Positions 32,062 through 42,373 of a stretch of DNA of 64,000 bases are shown here, piece by piece. The stretch comes from Methanocaldococcus sp. 28A. GTDB taxonomy: Archaea > AGJL01 > Methanococci > Methanococcales > Methanocaldococcaceae. Position numbers and translations under genes: made by a program. The number at the start of each line of letters is the position of its first letter. Position 1 is the stretch's first letter. The stretch lies in assembly GCA_049852185.1 (NCBI GenBank), contig CP187540.1; one strand, 5' to 3'. The notes under the pieces are model-generated. The model saw only the letters and a list, made by a program, of their open reading frames with translations. It was not told the DNA's origin and made no database searches.

Positions 32062-33045
32062 TTATATTATTCTCTTAAAATAATCGATAGTTCTTTTTAA
32101 CCCTTCTTCTAATTTAATCTTTGGCTCCCATCCAAGAATTTCTTTAGCCATTGTTATATCTGGCCTTCTTCTTACTGGGTCATCTTTAGGTAAAGGTTTA
32201 AATACTATTTCACTTTTACTTTCAGGAATTAACTCTAAAATTTTATAGGCTAATTCTAAAATAGTATATTCTTCAGGATTTCCCATATTAAGAACTGGAA
32301 TTGTATCCCAATTAAATTTTTTCTCTAAATCATTTTTTAACTTATTTTTATCTATTTCCATAAATTTTAATATTCCATTAATTAAGTCATCGACATATTG
32401 AAAACTTCTTGTTTGAGTACCATTACCATACACTGTCAAAGGTTCATTTTTTAAGGCTTGTATAATAAAATTACTTATTACTCTCCCATCATTAGGATTC
32501 ATATACGGACCATAAGTATTGAATATTCTTACAATTCTAATATCTAATCCAAAATTTTTCCAATACTCATAACAGTAAGTTTCAGCCACTCTTTTTCCTT
32601 CATCATAACAGGCTCTTGGACCTATTGGGTTAACATTTCCCCAATAGCTTTCTTTTTGTGGATGTTCTAAAGGATTTCCGTAAACTTCAGAAGTTGATGC
32701 ATGCAATACTTTAGCATTATGTTCATTGGCTAATTTTAATACATTTATTATTCCAAATATTGATGTATTTAGAGTAAATATGGGATCTTTTTGATAGTGT
32801 ATTGGTGAAGCGGGACATGCTAAATTATATATTTCATCAATGTTCTCTTTAATATTTATTGGTTTAGATATATCATGTTTTATAAATTTAAAATTATCAT
32901 AATCTAAAAATTGTTTTATATTTTTAAAGCTTCCAGTATAGTTATTATCAACACATATAACTTTATTGTTTTCATCTTCTACCAATTTTTTTATTAAATT
33001 CGTGCCGATAAAACCAGAACCTCCTGTTACCAATATCGTCTTCAT
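32062..33045 (-). CDS. UDP-glucuronate decarboxylase (UDP-xylose synthase family)
   Basis: LACPASPIHYQ, ASTSEVYG, YWGNVNPIGPRACYDEGKR, DGRVISNFI, DDPVRRRPDI. Confidence 0.93.
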   Translation of the reverse strand: MKTILVTGGSGFIGTNLIKKLVEDENNKVICVDNNYTGSFKNIKQFLDYDNFKFIKHDISKPINIKENIDEIYNLACPASPIHYQKDPIFTLNTSIFGIINVLKLANEHNAKVLHASTSEVYGNPLEHPQKESYWGNVNPIGPRACYDEGKRVAETYCYEYWKNFGLDIRIVRIFNTYGPYMNPNDGRVISNFIIQALKNEPLTVYGNGTQTRSFQYVDDLINGILKFMEIDKNKLKNDLEKKFNWDTIPVLNMGNPEEYTILELAYKILELIPESKSEIVFKPLPKDDPVRRRPDITMAKEILGWEPKIKLEEGLKRTIDYFKRII

Positions 33046-34391
33046 CTACCCACCCCATAATATTCAAATCCTAATTTTTTAATTTTTTCATGGTCTAATA
33101 TATTTCTACCATCAAAAATTACTTTTCTTCTGACTAAATCAGCTATTTTTTCCCAGTTTTCATTATTTAGTTTATCATATTCAACAGTTATTATAATCCC
33201 ATCGACATTTTTAACAGTTTCATATAAATCATCTAAGATATATATATTATAACCGTAAAATGCCTTTGATTTATTGAATTTGTATAAGTTTGTAGCATTT
33301 TCTCTTGCTTTTTTCACATAATCAAAGCCTTTAACGATAGCTCCATTTTCTAACAACATATCTATTAATTTTATAGCCCTACTTTCTCTTAAATCATCAG
33401 TGTTTGGCTTAAATGCTAAACCTAAAACAGCAAAGGTTTTTCCATGTAGATTTCCATAATAATTCTTTATTTTTTCAAAGAACCATTCTATTTGCTTTTC
33501 ATTAACTATATCCGTGGCTTTAATTAATATTGGTTCTATATTGTTTTTTTCAAACTGTTTTATTAATGCTTTAACATCTTTTGGAAAACAGCTTCCACCA
33601 TATCCGATTCCAGCATTTAAGAATTTATTTCCAATCCTTTGGTCTAATCCCATAGCATAGCTTATAGTTTTTATATCTGCACCTACTTTGTCAGCCAATT
33701 TTGCCAATTCATTTATAAATGATATTTTTGTTGCCAAAAATGCATTTGAGGCATATTTTATCAACTCTGCAGTTTCCCAATTGGTTATTATAAAAGGAAT
33801 TCCTTTCTCTTCAAAATATTTATAAACCTGTTTCATAATGTCTATTAGTTTTTTATTATTTAAATCTTCAAAACCTAAAACAATCCTTTCTGGATTAAAG
33901 AAATCATATACAGCTATTCCCTCTCTCAAAAATTCTGGATTTGAGACGACATCAACATTATAATCCTTTAAAAGTTTTTTAACTATTCTATTAGTTCCTA
34001 CAGGAACTGTTGATTTTATAACAATAACTTTATAATCATCTTTATTTATTGTTTCTTTTATTTTTTCTACAGCTGAGAATAAAAATCTCAAATCTGCATT
34101 TCCATCTTTGTCTTGTGGTGTCCCTACACATAAAAATATAACATCTGATTCTTTAATCGGCACATATGATGTTGTAAATACTAAATTTTTATTTACATGC
34201 TTTTTTAACAATTCTTCTAAACCCATTTCATATAAGGGATATTCTCCTTTATTCAAAGCTTTAACTTTTGTCTCATCAATATCTATTCCTATTACATTAA
34301 AACCCATCTCCGCTAGCCCTACTGCTTGAATTAAACCTACATATCCTGTTCCAATAACTGATATTTTTTTTATCTTATTCATATTTATCAC
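33042..34391 (-). CDS. ugd: UDP-glucose 6-dehydrogenase (intein-free)
   Basis: GTGYVG, KSTVPVGT, NPEFLREG, GYGGSCFPKD, FKPNTDDLRES. Confidence 0.93.
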   Translation of the reverse strand: MINMNKIKKISVIGTGYVGLIQAVGLAEMGFNVIGIDIDETKVKALNKGEYPLYEMGLEELLKKHVNKNLVFTTSYVPIKESDVIFLCVGTPQDKDGNADLRFLFSAVEKIKETINKDDYKVIVIKSTVPVGTNRIVKKLLKDYNVDVVSNPEFLREGIAVYDFFNPERIVLGFEDLNNKKLIDIMKQVYKYFEEKGIPFIITNWETAELIKYASNAFLATKISFINELAKLADKVGADIKTISYAMGLDQRIGNKFLNAGIGYGGSCFPKDVKALIKQFEKNNIEPILIKATDIVNEKQIEWFFEKIKNYYGNLHGKTFAVLGLAFKPNTDDLRESRAIKLIDMLLENGAIVKGFDYVKKARENATNLYKFNKSKAFYGYNIYILDDLYETVKNVDGIIITVEYDKLNNENWEKIADLVRRKVIFDGRNILDHEKIKKLGFEYYGVGR

Positions 34392-34469
34392 TATTATAAC
34401 TTTAGGATTATTTTTAATTTTTGGTATATCTATTGTCTCTCTTTCTATTAAAAAATTTTAAATTACCTT

Positions 34470-34925
34470 TTTATAGCGTTCCAAACTAAATAGCTTTCGG
34501 CTTTAAAATCTCTCTTTGTGAATTTAATTTGTTCTCTTTAACTAAATAAACATAAACAGCTTTTGGAATGTCATCAATACATAATTATCTTTAAATAATT
34601 TTAAAACGCTATTAATTTCAATAATTTCTCCTTCAATATTTACTTTTGGCTTTATGTAATCTAAATTTCTTAAAAAATCTTTTAGTTTCTCAACTTCATT
34701 CTTAAGATACCCATCTAAAACCTTTTTAATATCCTCATTCTTTATTTCTCCAACAATGTAAATTATATCTACTGATTTTCCACCAACATAACTATAAATT
34801 AGTTATTTCTCTTCATTAGATAGAAGTTTGTTTAATTTTTCTTTTACTAAGTGGTCAATAAACTTTAAAGCAGTTTCTTTATCAAAATCATCTACCAATA
34901 AATATTTACACCTCCCCTCCAACAT
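34470..34925 (-). pseudogene. C-terminal remnant of MJ-type archaeal ATPase
   Basis: [22 protein letters not shown]...YVGGK...VYVYLVKEN...YLVWNAIKR across frameshifts and stops. Confidence 0.7.
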
Positions 34926-35271
34926 CGCCCTTTACCACCTTCTCAAAAACTTCTTTAGAAAGTTCCAATAATTTACTCCTATCAACATCTTCCATCATAA
35001 ATAAAGAGCGAAATGCAGCAAGTTTATCGTATTCATCATTAAGAACAATTTCCCTTATGCCATCAAAACTTAAAATTTCTTTTAATTATCTCTTCTTTTA
35101 ATTCTCTACCAACTACAAGTTTCCTCTTAGCAAGCTCTTTTAAAAGGTCTTCTGTAGTCATTATGTATAGGTTTTTCATTCAGCTATTATACCACCATTA
35201 TAATGTTAGTTAATTTTATTGTTGTATAGTTTTCAAGTTTTAAAAATTTTCTCATTATAATTTTAGCACAT

Positions 35272-35580
35272 TTATAAGATTTCAATACCTTCATTTAAAA
35301 TTGTTGAGTAAAAGCTGCTATATTTTAATTTATTAAATTCATTCTCATTTTTTATTATAACATTTATTAAAATACCGTATTTAACCATAATATCAACGAC
35401 CAAATCTATAATATCGTCTAATTCAACATCTCCAATAATTAAAATGTCTATATCACTCTCTTCATTATAATCTCCTCTCGCATAAGAACCAAACAAAATA
35501 ACCTTTTTTATTTTATTTCCAAATTTCTTTTTTAAATTTTTTAAAAAATAGCTTAATGCTTTATCATGCATATTAATCAT
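35272..35580 (-). CDS. Minimal nucleotidyltransferase (MNT)
   Basis: LFGSYARGDYNEESDIDILI; ATGA overlap with upstream HEPN-containing ORF. Confidence 0.92.
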   Translation of the reverse strand: MINMHDKALSYFLKNLKKKFGNKIKKVILFGSYARGDYNEESDIDILIIGDVELDDIIDLVVDIMVKYGILINVIIKNENEFNKLKYSSFYSTILNEGIEIL

Positions 35581-36473
35581 CTCTTCAAAAGCTTTTTTAT
35601 AGTATTTAAAAATTCTTCAGCATATTCAATAATTTCTTCAACATCTTCGTTCTTTGGGGAATAAAATACATCATAATCGGATAAAGTTCTTAATTCAAAG
35701 GCCTTTGATAAATATTTTCCATATTTTCTATCAATTAAATTTCCTTTAATAGCAACTTCTCCAAATTTACCAATAACACCACTGTGTTTTTTTGGATTAA
35801 TATTTTTTGATAACAACAACGCTCTTGCAGAATGGAACATACTATAATATGCTCTTGATATTGCATCTCTATATTTTTTGTTCTCAAAAAGTAGATATGC
35901 AGAAGATAATTCTTCCTCAGATAATTCAATCTCTTTATAAATTTCTAAAGTCTTGAAATCTTCTCTCTTTATAATCTCAACACAGTCATATAAACTTTTA
36001 GCAATAAAATCAGCTTCAGTTTTATCATTATTATAAAGAATCCTTATTGTTTTACATCCAACACTTTTCCCGCAAATTATATCGCTCTCAGAATCTCCAA
36101 TCATCCAACTCCTACTAAAGTCAATATTCCATTTTTCCCTGGCTTTTAAAAGCATACCATTTCTTGGTTTTCTGCAGTTACAAGTTCCCTCTAAGTGAGG
36201 GCAGTAAAATATATCATCAATCTCAGGCAACAATTTAAGCATATACTCATGGATAACTTTTAAATCCTCTTCAGTCATAACACCCTTAGCAATTCCCTGC
36301 TGATTAGTTACAACTATCAATATGTAACCCATTTTTTTAAATTCTATCAAAGCCTCTCTAACTTTTGGTAATAATTTAAATTCCTCTATTCTTTTAACAT
36401 AGTCCCCTATTAATCTTTTATTTATGACCCCATCTCTGTCTAAAAATATTGCCTTATACATAATTATCATCAT
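35577..36473 (-). CDS. gmhB: Heptose-1,7-bisphosphate phosphatase GmhB fused to a C-terminal HEPN domain
   Basis: FLDRDGVIN, VTNQ, CPH...CNCRKP, MIGDSESD in residues 1-170; AISRAYYSMFHSARALL, KKHSGVI, RTLSDY in the C-terminal ~125 aa. Confidence 0.9.
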   Translation of the reverse strand: MMIIMYKAIFLDRDGVINKRLIGDYVKRIEEFKLLPKVREALIEFKKMGYILIVVTNQQGIAKGVMTEEDLKVIHEYMLKLLPEIDDIFYCPHLEGTCNCRKPRNGMLLKAREKWNIDFSRSWMIGDSESDIICGKSVGCKTIRILYNNDKTEADFIAKSLYDCVEIIKREDFKTLEIYKEIELSEEELSSAYLLFENKKYRDAISRAYYSMFHSARALLLSKNINPKKHSGVIGKFGEVAIKGNLIDRKYGKYLSKAFELRTLSDYDVFYSPKNEDVEEIIEYAEEFLNTIKKLLKR

Positions 36474-36488
36474 AAAAATAATAATTTT

Positions 36489-37397
36489 TTAGCCAAATAA
36501 CTCATCCAAACTAACTGTTGCAGTTCCAACCTTTCCAACAACAATTGAACTTGCTTTATTTGCTAATTTAACTGCATCAATTAAATCATAACCTTTATCC
36601 AAAGCATAAGCCAAAACAGCAATAAATGTATCCCCAGCTCCAGATACATCATGAACTTCCTTAACTTTTGTAGGAATGTGGTAGATTTCTCCGTTAAGAG
36701 TTATTAACGTTGCTCCTTTTTCACTTCTTGTTATAACAAAGTTTGAATTAAATTCTTCAACCAACTCCAATCCCACTTTTTCCAATTCATCATCTTTGTT
36801 TTCTATCTCTCTTCCAATAATTTGAGAAGCTTCTTTTAGATTTGGTTTTATCAAATAGACATCTTTATAAAATTCCATGTTTTTAGGTTTAGGGTCTACT
36901 AAAATCTTACCTTTAAATTCTTTTTTAATTTTTTCCATAAGTTCCTTTGTAATTAAACCCTTTGCATAATCGGAAATTACCAATATATTTGATTTACTGT
37001 TGAGTTCTTTAATTTTATCTAAAATTTTGTTTGAAATTTCTTCATTTATTGGATAAATTTTTTCATAATCAACTCTAAGAAGTTGTTGATTATATCCAAT
37101 TGCAACAAATCTATGTTTCACTATCGTTGGTCTCCCATCTGATACAAAATAGTAATTAATACCATTTCTATTACATAATTTTTCAATACATTTTCCAAAT
37201 TCATCATTATTAGAAATACTTATTAAAAATACATCATGCTTTAAAGAGGCGATATTATTGGCTACGTTTCCAGCTCCACCAAGTGTATATTTTTCCTCAA
37301 CTACATTCAACACAGGAACAGGAGCTTCGGGGTTTATTCTCTCAACTTTTCCATAGGTGTATTTGTCAAGCATAACATCCCCTAAAACTATTATCAT
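36489..37397 (-). CDS. hldA: D-glycero-beta-D-manno-heptose-7-phosphate kinase (HldA/RfaE domain I)
   Basis: GDVMLD.Y..G.VERINPEAPVPV, GGAGNVA.NI, SDYAKG, DVSGAGDT. Confidence 0.93.
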   Translation of the reverse strand: MIIVLGDVMLDKYTYGKVERINPEAPVPVLNVVEEKYTLGGAGNVANNIASLKHDVFLISISNNDEFGKCIEKLCNRNGINYYFVSDGRPTIVKHRFVAIGYNQQLLRVDYEKIYPINEEISNKILDKIKELNSKSNILVISDYAKGLITKELMEKIKKEFKGKILVDPKPKNMEFYKDVYLIKPNLKEASQIIGREIENKDDELEKVGLELVEEFNSNFVITRSEKGATLITLNGEIYHIPTKVKEVHDVSGAGDTFIAVLAYALDKGYDLIDAVKLANKASSIVVGKVGTATVSLDELFG

Positions 37398-37408
37398 GGT
37401 TTCCCTCT

Positions 37409-37900
37409 TTATTTATATTTATCTAAAACCCATTCTATTATATTTGTTGTTGAAAAGCCCTTAATAAGGGGGATTATTTTTATTTCCCCACCATAACTTT
37501 TAACAATCTCTGCCTCTGGCAAATCTTCCTCTTTATAATCCCCACCTTTTACATGGATATCTGGTTTAATGATTTTTATCAATTCTATAGGAGTTTCTTC
37601 ATCAAATGGCACAACAAAATCAACAGCCTTTAGATTATCTAAAACATAAGCTCTCGAGTAGAGAGGAATTATAGGTCTTTTATTTCCTTTTATTTTTTTT
37701 ACTGATTCATCTGAATTTATGCCGACAATTAAAACATCTCCCAATTTTTTTGCCTTATTTAAATACTCAACATGTCCTCTATGAATTATATCAAAACATC
37801 CATTGGTAAAAACTATCTTTAAATTTTGGCTCTTTAACTCTTTAATTATATTCTCTAATAGTTTTCTATCTTTAATTATCATAATATCTCCTATTTCCAA
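37409..37900 (-). CDS. hldC: Heptose-1-phosphate adenylyltransferase (HldC/RfaE domain II)
   Basis: FTNGCFDIIHRGH, NSDESVK..KG..RP, VKGGDY, LIKGFSTT. Confidence 0.92.
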   Translation of the reverse strand: MEIGDIMIIKDRKLLENIIKELKSQNLKIVFTNGCFDIIHRGHVEYLNKAKKLGDVLIVGINSDESVKKIKGNKRPIIPLYSRAYVLDNLKAVDFVVPFDEETPIELIKIIKPDIHVKGGDYKEEDLPEAEIVKSYGGEIKIIPLIKGFSTTNIIEWVLDKYK

Positions 37901-37928
37901 AAATATTTGGTTTTTTATTTAAATTTAA

Positions 37929-38486
37929 CTACATAAATAACCTTTTTTCAACTTCTTCACAAATTACATGATAAATTGTTAAATGACATTCTTGTATCCT
38001 TGCTGTGTCATTAGAAGGAACTATTAATGCTAAATCAACAATGTCTTTTAGGTTACCACCACCTTTTCCTAATAAGCCAATAGTATAAATCTTCATTTCT
38101 TTTGCCTTATTAACAGCCCTTATAACGTTCTCAGAATTCCCACTCGTTGATATTCCAATTAAAACATCTCCTTTTTTTCCAAGAGCTTCAACTTGACGTT
38201 CAAAAATCTTTTTAAATCCATAGTCATTTCCAATTGCTGTTAAAATGGAAGTGTCTGTAGTTAAAGCAATTGCAGGCAATCCCTTTCTTTCCAACTTAAA
38301 CCTCCCCACAATCTCAGCGGCAAAGTGTTGAGCATCTGCCGCACTCCCCCCATTCCCACAAATTAAAATTTTATTACCATTTTTCAAAGCCTCTAATATA
38401 ATTTCAATTGCCTTCTTTAAATTTTCCTCATTTTCTTCGATAAATTTTATTTTTACATTTGCGCTTTCTTCAAAATACTTTTTCAT
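37929..38486 (-). CDS. gmhA: Sedoheptulose-7-phosphate isomerase
   Basis: [38 protein letters not shown]. Confidence 0.96.
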   Translation of the reverse strand: MKKYFEESANVKIKFIEENEENLKKAIEIILEALKNGNKILICGNGGSAADAQHFAAEIVGRFKLERKGLPAIALTTDTSILTAIGNDYGFKKIFERQVEALGKKGDVLIGISTSGNSENVIRAVNKAKEMKIYTIGLLGKGGGNLKDIVDLALIVPSNDTARIQECHLTIYHVICEEVEKRLFM

Positions 38487-38622
38487 ATGGAATCACCTAA
38501 AGCATTTATTCATTAAAAGATAGTCATGTAATTCTCATTTATTACTTTAGTGTTATCCACGAACTAATCCAAAAAAAAGATTTCAAAAAAGACTATGATT
38601 TATGACTAAAAAATTCAAAATC

Positions 38623-39936
38623 CTATTGGAAATATAGTTGAGAAAATGTAGTTTTAATTAAATTTATTATTACTTTTATAAGTCCAATGACTTGTATATA
38701 TATTGGTTCTTTATTAACATTAATTTCTTTTTCTTCAATTGCATAGTAACCTGATTTATTTATTTTTATTACTATATTGTTTTCTTCATCAACTATGTAG
38801 GGAATACTTATCCACGATTTTAATTTATCATCATAATAGAGAACTTTTATTTCTTTGTTTTGAGGTTGTTCTATTTTAATCTTTAATATTAATGGAATGC
38901 TAAACTCTGCATCTTTTGGTGATATATAATAAGCTAACGTTACATTTGGAAGGGTAATTTCTCTAATTTGTATTTCTCCTTCTTTACTCACCCTTGTACC
39001 ATCATAAATTATCAATTTAGCATTTTTCCCAATATTCTTTATTATCGTCCCTTCTATTATGTTTTCTCTTTCTTTTAAATTATTAATATTCGTCACTGGT
39101 TTAGAATTGTTTGTTGTTTCTGTAATTTTATTTATTGTTAAACTGTTGTTTAAATTTTCTTTTTCTACTTTGTTTAAGTTAATATTGTTTTCTGATACAT
39201 CTTTATTTTCTATTTTTTCGTATTCTTTATTAGAAATTTCTGTACTACTATTATTAGAATTATTGTTTATTACATTGATATTTTGACTTTCTGTTTCTAG
39301 TTTAGTATTTGTCTGAGTTGTAGTATTTTCTACTTCTGGAGGAGATGGTAAATCACTTCTAATTAAAATATCCTTATAAATTCCACCAATATTTAAATGT
39401 ATAACCGTCCCAGCAGGAATGTTATTTACTTTATATGTATATCTGAAGTTACCATTTTCATCCGCCTTTATGGTTGTAGATGCAATGATTTTTAATTTTA
39501 CAGGTTTTGATTGGTTTTTAATTGTTCCCCCTATTTTTATATCGTAGGTTCCAACAGGAACATTTGACTGGGAAACTATTGCTACACCGTTTTTATCAGC
39601 TTTCGCACTTTTTGTAATCCATATCCCCATTTTTACAGAGACTGACAAATCATTAACATTTTCTCCTATAACCTTAAAGTTATTTGGTAATGTAGGAATC
39701 TCAACATTATTCATAATATATCCATAGTATGGAGGGGATATTATTGGAGTTACTTCAAACCATACTTTACATTTTATATCCTCATTTGGATTAGCTTTTC
39801 CTGTTAATGTTATTGTATCTCCTACTTTCGGATTTGAAGGGGTTATTTGAATATCTTTAACTTCTGCATAAATAGGATGAATTAAAAATCCAAAAATAAT
39901 AAACATGAAAAATAATATTTTTTTAATATTAATCAC
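38623..39936 (-). CDS. Secreted/surface protein with Ig-like beta domains and Asn/Thr-rich linker
   Basis: Signal peptide, ITPSNPKVGDTITLTG, Asn/Thr/Ser-rich linker with many NxS/T sequons, C-terminal amphipathic segment. Confidence 0.75.
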   Translation of the reverse strand: MINIKKILFFMFIIFGFLIHPIYAEVKDIQITPSNPKVGDTITLTGKANPNEDIKCKVWFEVTPIISPPYYGYIMNNVEIPTLPNNFKVIGENVNDLSVSVKMGIWITKSAKADKNGVAIVSQSNVPVGTYDIKIGGTIKNQSKPVKLKIIASTTIKADENGNFRYTYKVNNIPAGTVIHLNIGGIYKDILIRSDLPSPPEVENTTTQTNTKLETESQNINVINNNSNNSSTEISNKEYEKIENKDVSENNINLNKVEKENLNNSLTINKITETTNNSKPVTNINNLKERENIIEGTIIKNIGKNAKLIIYDGTRVSKEGEIQIREITLPNVTLAYYISPKDAEFSIPLILKIKIEQPQNKEIKVLYYDDKLKSWISIPYIVDEENNIVIKINKSGYYAIEEKEINVNKEPIYIQVIGLIKVIINLIKTTFSQLYFQ

Positions 39937-40007
39937 CCCTTATTAATTTTGAATTCTTAAAATATAAAAAATTTTAATAAAAAAGATAAAAGAAAGGTAT
40001 TTTATTT

Positions 40008-41972
40008 TTATTTAATTTCTTCAATTGCCACAATTTTTTTATCTTCTGTGTCATAGGCTATTCCTATAACATAGGCATTTGATACATTTTGTAGTGTTAA
40101 AGTAACTGTACTATTTGTTGTAATGTCACTGTATGTTGCTGATGCTGTTTCTGGGTTAAATATTGTCCCTATAATGTCATTTATTTTTGATGCATTTAAG
40201 GATATTATATGGTTATTGTCTACAATTGTTTCTTTATTGTTATCTCCAACTACTGATACATTGAATAGGTCATTATTTGGATTTGTTCCATCAACACATA
40301 CTTTTACTGTAGCATCCTTATTTATCATTACTAATCCATATCTTATTTTGTGTACAGGAGTTTCATTTATTGAGATTTTGTAAGTAATATCATTAGTTAT
40401 CTTATTTGTTCCATTGTATGTTAATGTCATGTTGTATTTTGCTACTAAGAATCCTCCTACTCCAAGGATTTTTACATAGGTATCATTTGGAACACCTTCT
40501 GTAACTATTACAGTCACTACACCAGTGTAATTATCTGTTGGTAATGTCCATGTAGTTTTACCATCAGATACTGTTTTGGTAGTATATTGGTTATTTTTAA
40601 TAAGTTCAATAAATTCACTAGCATTTCCATTGAGCATATTATTTATTGCTTCTCTAAGTTTTTGTCTATCGTTTATTACTGAAAGTGTTACTTCCTTACC
40701 GTTCATATCTGCATTGTTGTAAGTTATTGTAATGTTCTCTCCTTTATAAACTACAGCGTTGAAGTTGTTCATAGATTCTATTATTGATGCTACACTATCA
40801 TTATCTTTAAAGTATATTTCTACGCCTTTTTCAGTATCTTTTTTATTAACAACATTTACTTCTGCTTCTATAGTTGTTAAATTAATAGTTTTTGTCCCTT
40901 TAATTGATAAAGTATTTTTGTCTTGTCCTTCAAATTCTATAGTTTTTCCATTTGCTATGATTTTTATTGCTGGTTTTTCTTCTACTGGTTGTGTCACTGG
41001 CTGTGTTACTATTGCACCTCCTCCAGAGCCCCCTCCTCCAGAACTTATTGATGAGACCATTAAGGTAGATGGTATTCCAACTTTATTTGCGATATTATAT
41101 ATCATGTTTGAAATTGATGTACTATCACTTAAAACTAAAATTTCTGAAGCAAATGTAAGTTTTGAGACTATTTTATTTATGACATCTTCTTTTGATACTG
41201 GAATTGGAACTACTGCACTTACATAACCTTTAACATAATCTACTATTGCGTCTATTATAATATTTTTACTTTTTTCTCCATAAACTACTGCAACATCTTT
41301 ATTTTTAACATTTGGATTTATTTTTGGAACATAAGCCAATGCAGTTTTTATAACTGAATCGTCACTACCTGATGCAATTATAGTATATTTTGCATGTGTT
41401 GATACAGTGTTTATTATTATTTTTGGAATTTTGTTACCAAGAATTATTACATTTTCTGGAGTTGTAGTTTTTAATATATCTGCTACTTCGTTATCTTTAT
41501 TTAATCCATAGTATATTACAGGAGCTCCAAAGCTTACTGCCACAGGGATAATTTTTTCATTAAATCCTTCTGCAACTACTATATTCTTTGCCATTTCAGG
41601 TTTTTCTTTTTTGATTAATTCAAACATTTTTAGGGAAGTTTCAACTCTGGTTTCACCCCATACTCTTTCAACATTTATATTTAATTTTTTTATTTGGTTT
41701 TCAACTGTATTACTAACAGCAACTGGACCTCCAACAATTATTACTTTATTAATATTATTCCTTTCGAGCTCTATTTTTGCTTGATCTGACAACTCATTTG
41801 TTGGAGTATATATAAGCATATAACCCATAGCTTTTGCATAAGGTGCTGCAACAACTGCATCTGCTGGCGTTGATACAATTATAGCTACATTTTCACTTGA
41901 GGCAAAACTCATAGGTAATACTCCAAAAATAACCAGTATAGATAAAAGTATAGAATATATTTCTATTTTCAT
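40008..41972 (-). CDS. Secreted protein with cell-wall-binding repeat 2 (CWB2) and beta-rich C-terminal domain
   Basis: Signal peptide; ADAVVAAPYA, VIIVGGPVAVS..VE...VERVWGETRVETS (CWB2); SSGGGGSGGG linker. Confidence 0.8.
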   Translation of the reverse strand: MKIEIYSILLSILVIFGVLPMSFASSENVAIIVSTPADAVVAAPYAKAMGYMLIYTPTNELSDQAKIELERNNINKVIIVGGPVAVSNTVENQIKKLNINVERVWGETRVETSLKMFELIKKEKPEMAKNIVVAEGFNEKIIPVAVSFGAPVIYYGLNKDNEVADILKTTTPENVIILGNKIPKIIINTVSTHAKYTIIASGSDDSVIKTALAYVPKINPNVKNKDVAVVYGEKSKNIIIDAIVDYVKGYVSAVVPIPVSKEDVINKIVSKLTFASEILVLSDSTSISNMIYNIANKVGIPSTLMVSSISSGGGGSGGGAIVTQPVTQPVEEKPAIKIIANGKTIEFEGQDKNTLSIKGTKTINLTTIEAEVNVVNKKDTEKGVEIYFKDNDSVASIIESMNNFNAVVYKGENITITYNNADMNGKEVTLSVINDRQKLREAINNMLNGNASEFIELIKNNQYTTKTVSDGKTTWTLPTDNYTGVVTVIVTEGVPNDTYVKILGVGGFLVAKYNMTLTYNGTNKITNDITYKISINETPVHKIRYGLVMINKDATVKVCVDGTNPNNDLFNVSVVGDNNKETIVDNNHIISLNASKINDIIGTIFNPETASATYSDITTNSTVTLTLQNVSNAYVIGIAYDTEDKKIVAIEEIK

Positions 41973-42114
41973 AATCTCCTCCCCGATTATGTGATGTAAT
42001 TTAATTTACTTAAAGTATCAACAATAAATTATGCATTTAATAATATTTAAATTTTTTGTAGGTAATAAAGTTGGTGCGGAATCCCAAATATTATGTTTTT
42101 TCATAACCTCTCCT

Positions 42115-42354
42115 TTATTTAATTATATTGTAAATCTTATTTATCACAATAAATACAAAGATTCCCATTAATAAATAATTTATTGATTTTAAGATTTCCT
42201 TGCTTTTCTTATTTATAAAAAAATTTCCAATCTCCAAGCAGATTAGTGTTCCAATTAACAGTATAGTAAAGAAGATATCTACAGATGGAGAGAACAATGC
42301 ATCTAAAATAGCCCATAATGATAAGAATACTATTATTATATAATCTACTTTCAT
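42115..42354 (-). CDS. Small membrane protein (about 3 TM)
   Basis: 79 aa hydrophobic ORF with RBS, co-oriented with neighbours. Confidence 0.7.
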   Translation of the reverse strand: MKVDYIIIVFLSLWAILDALFSPSVDIFFTILLIGTLICLEIGNFFINKKSKEILKSINYLLMGIFVFIVINKIYNIIK

Positions 42355-42373
42355 TTTATCCCTTCAATTATTA

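Noticed and set aside
42072-42085. TGGTGCGGA resembling the reverse complement of a tRNA 3' end (possible att site)
   Set aside because: Only 9 bp, no T-arm, no integrase or second copy; no tRNA or rRNA gene was found in the window
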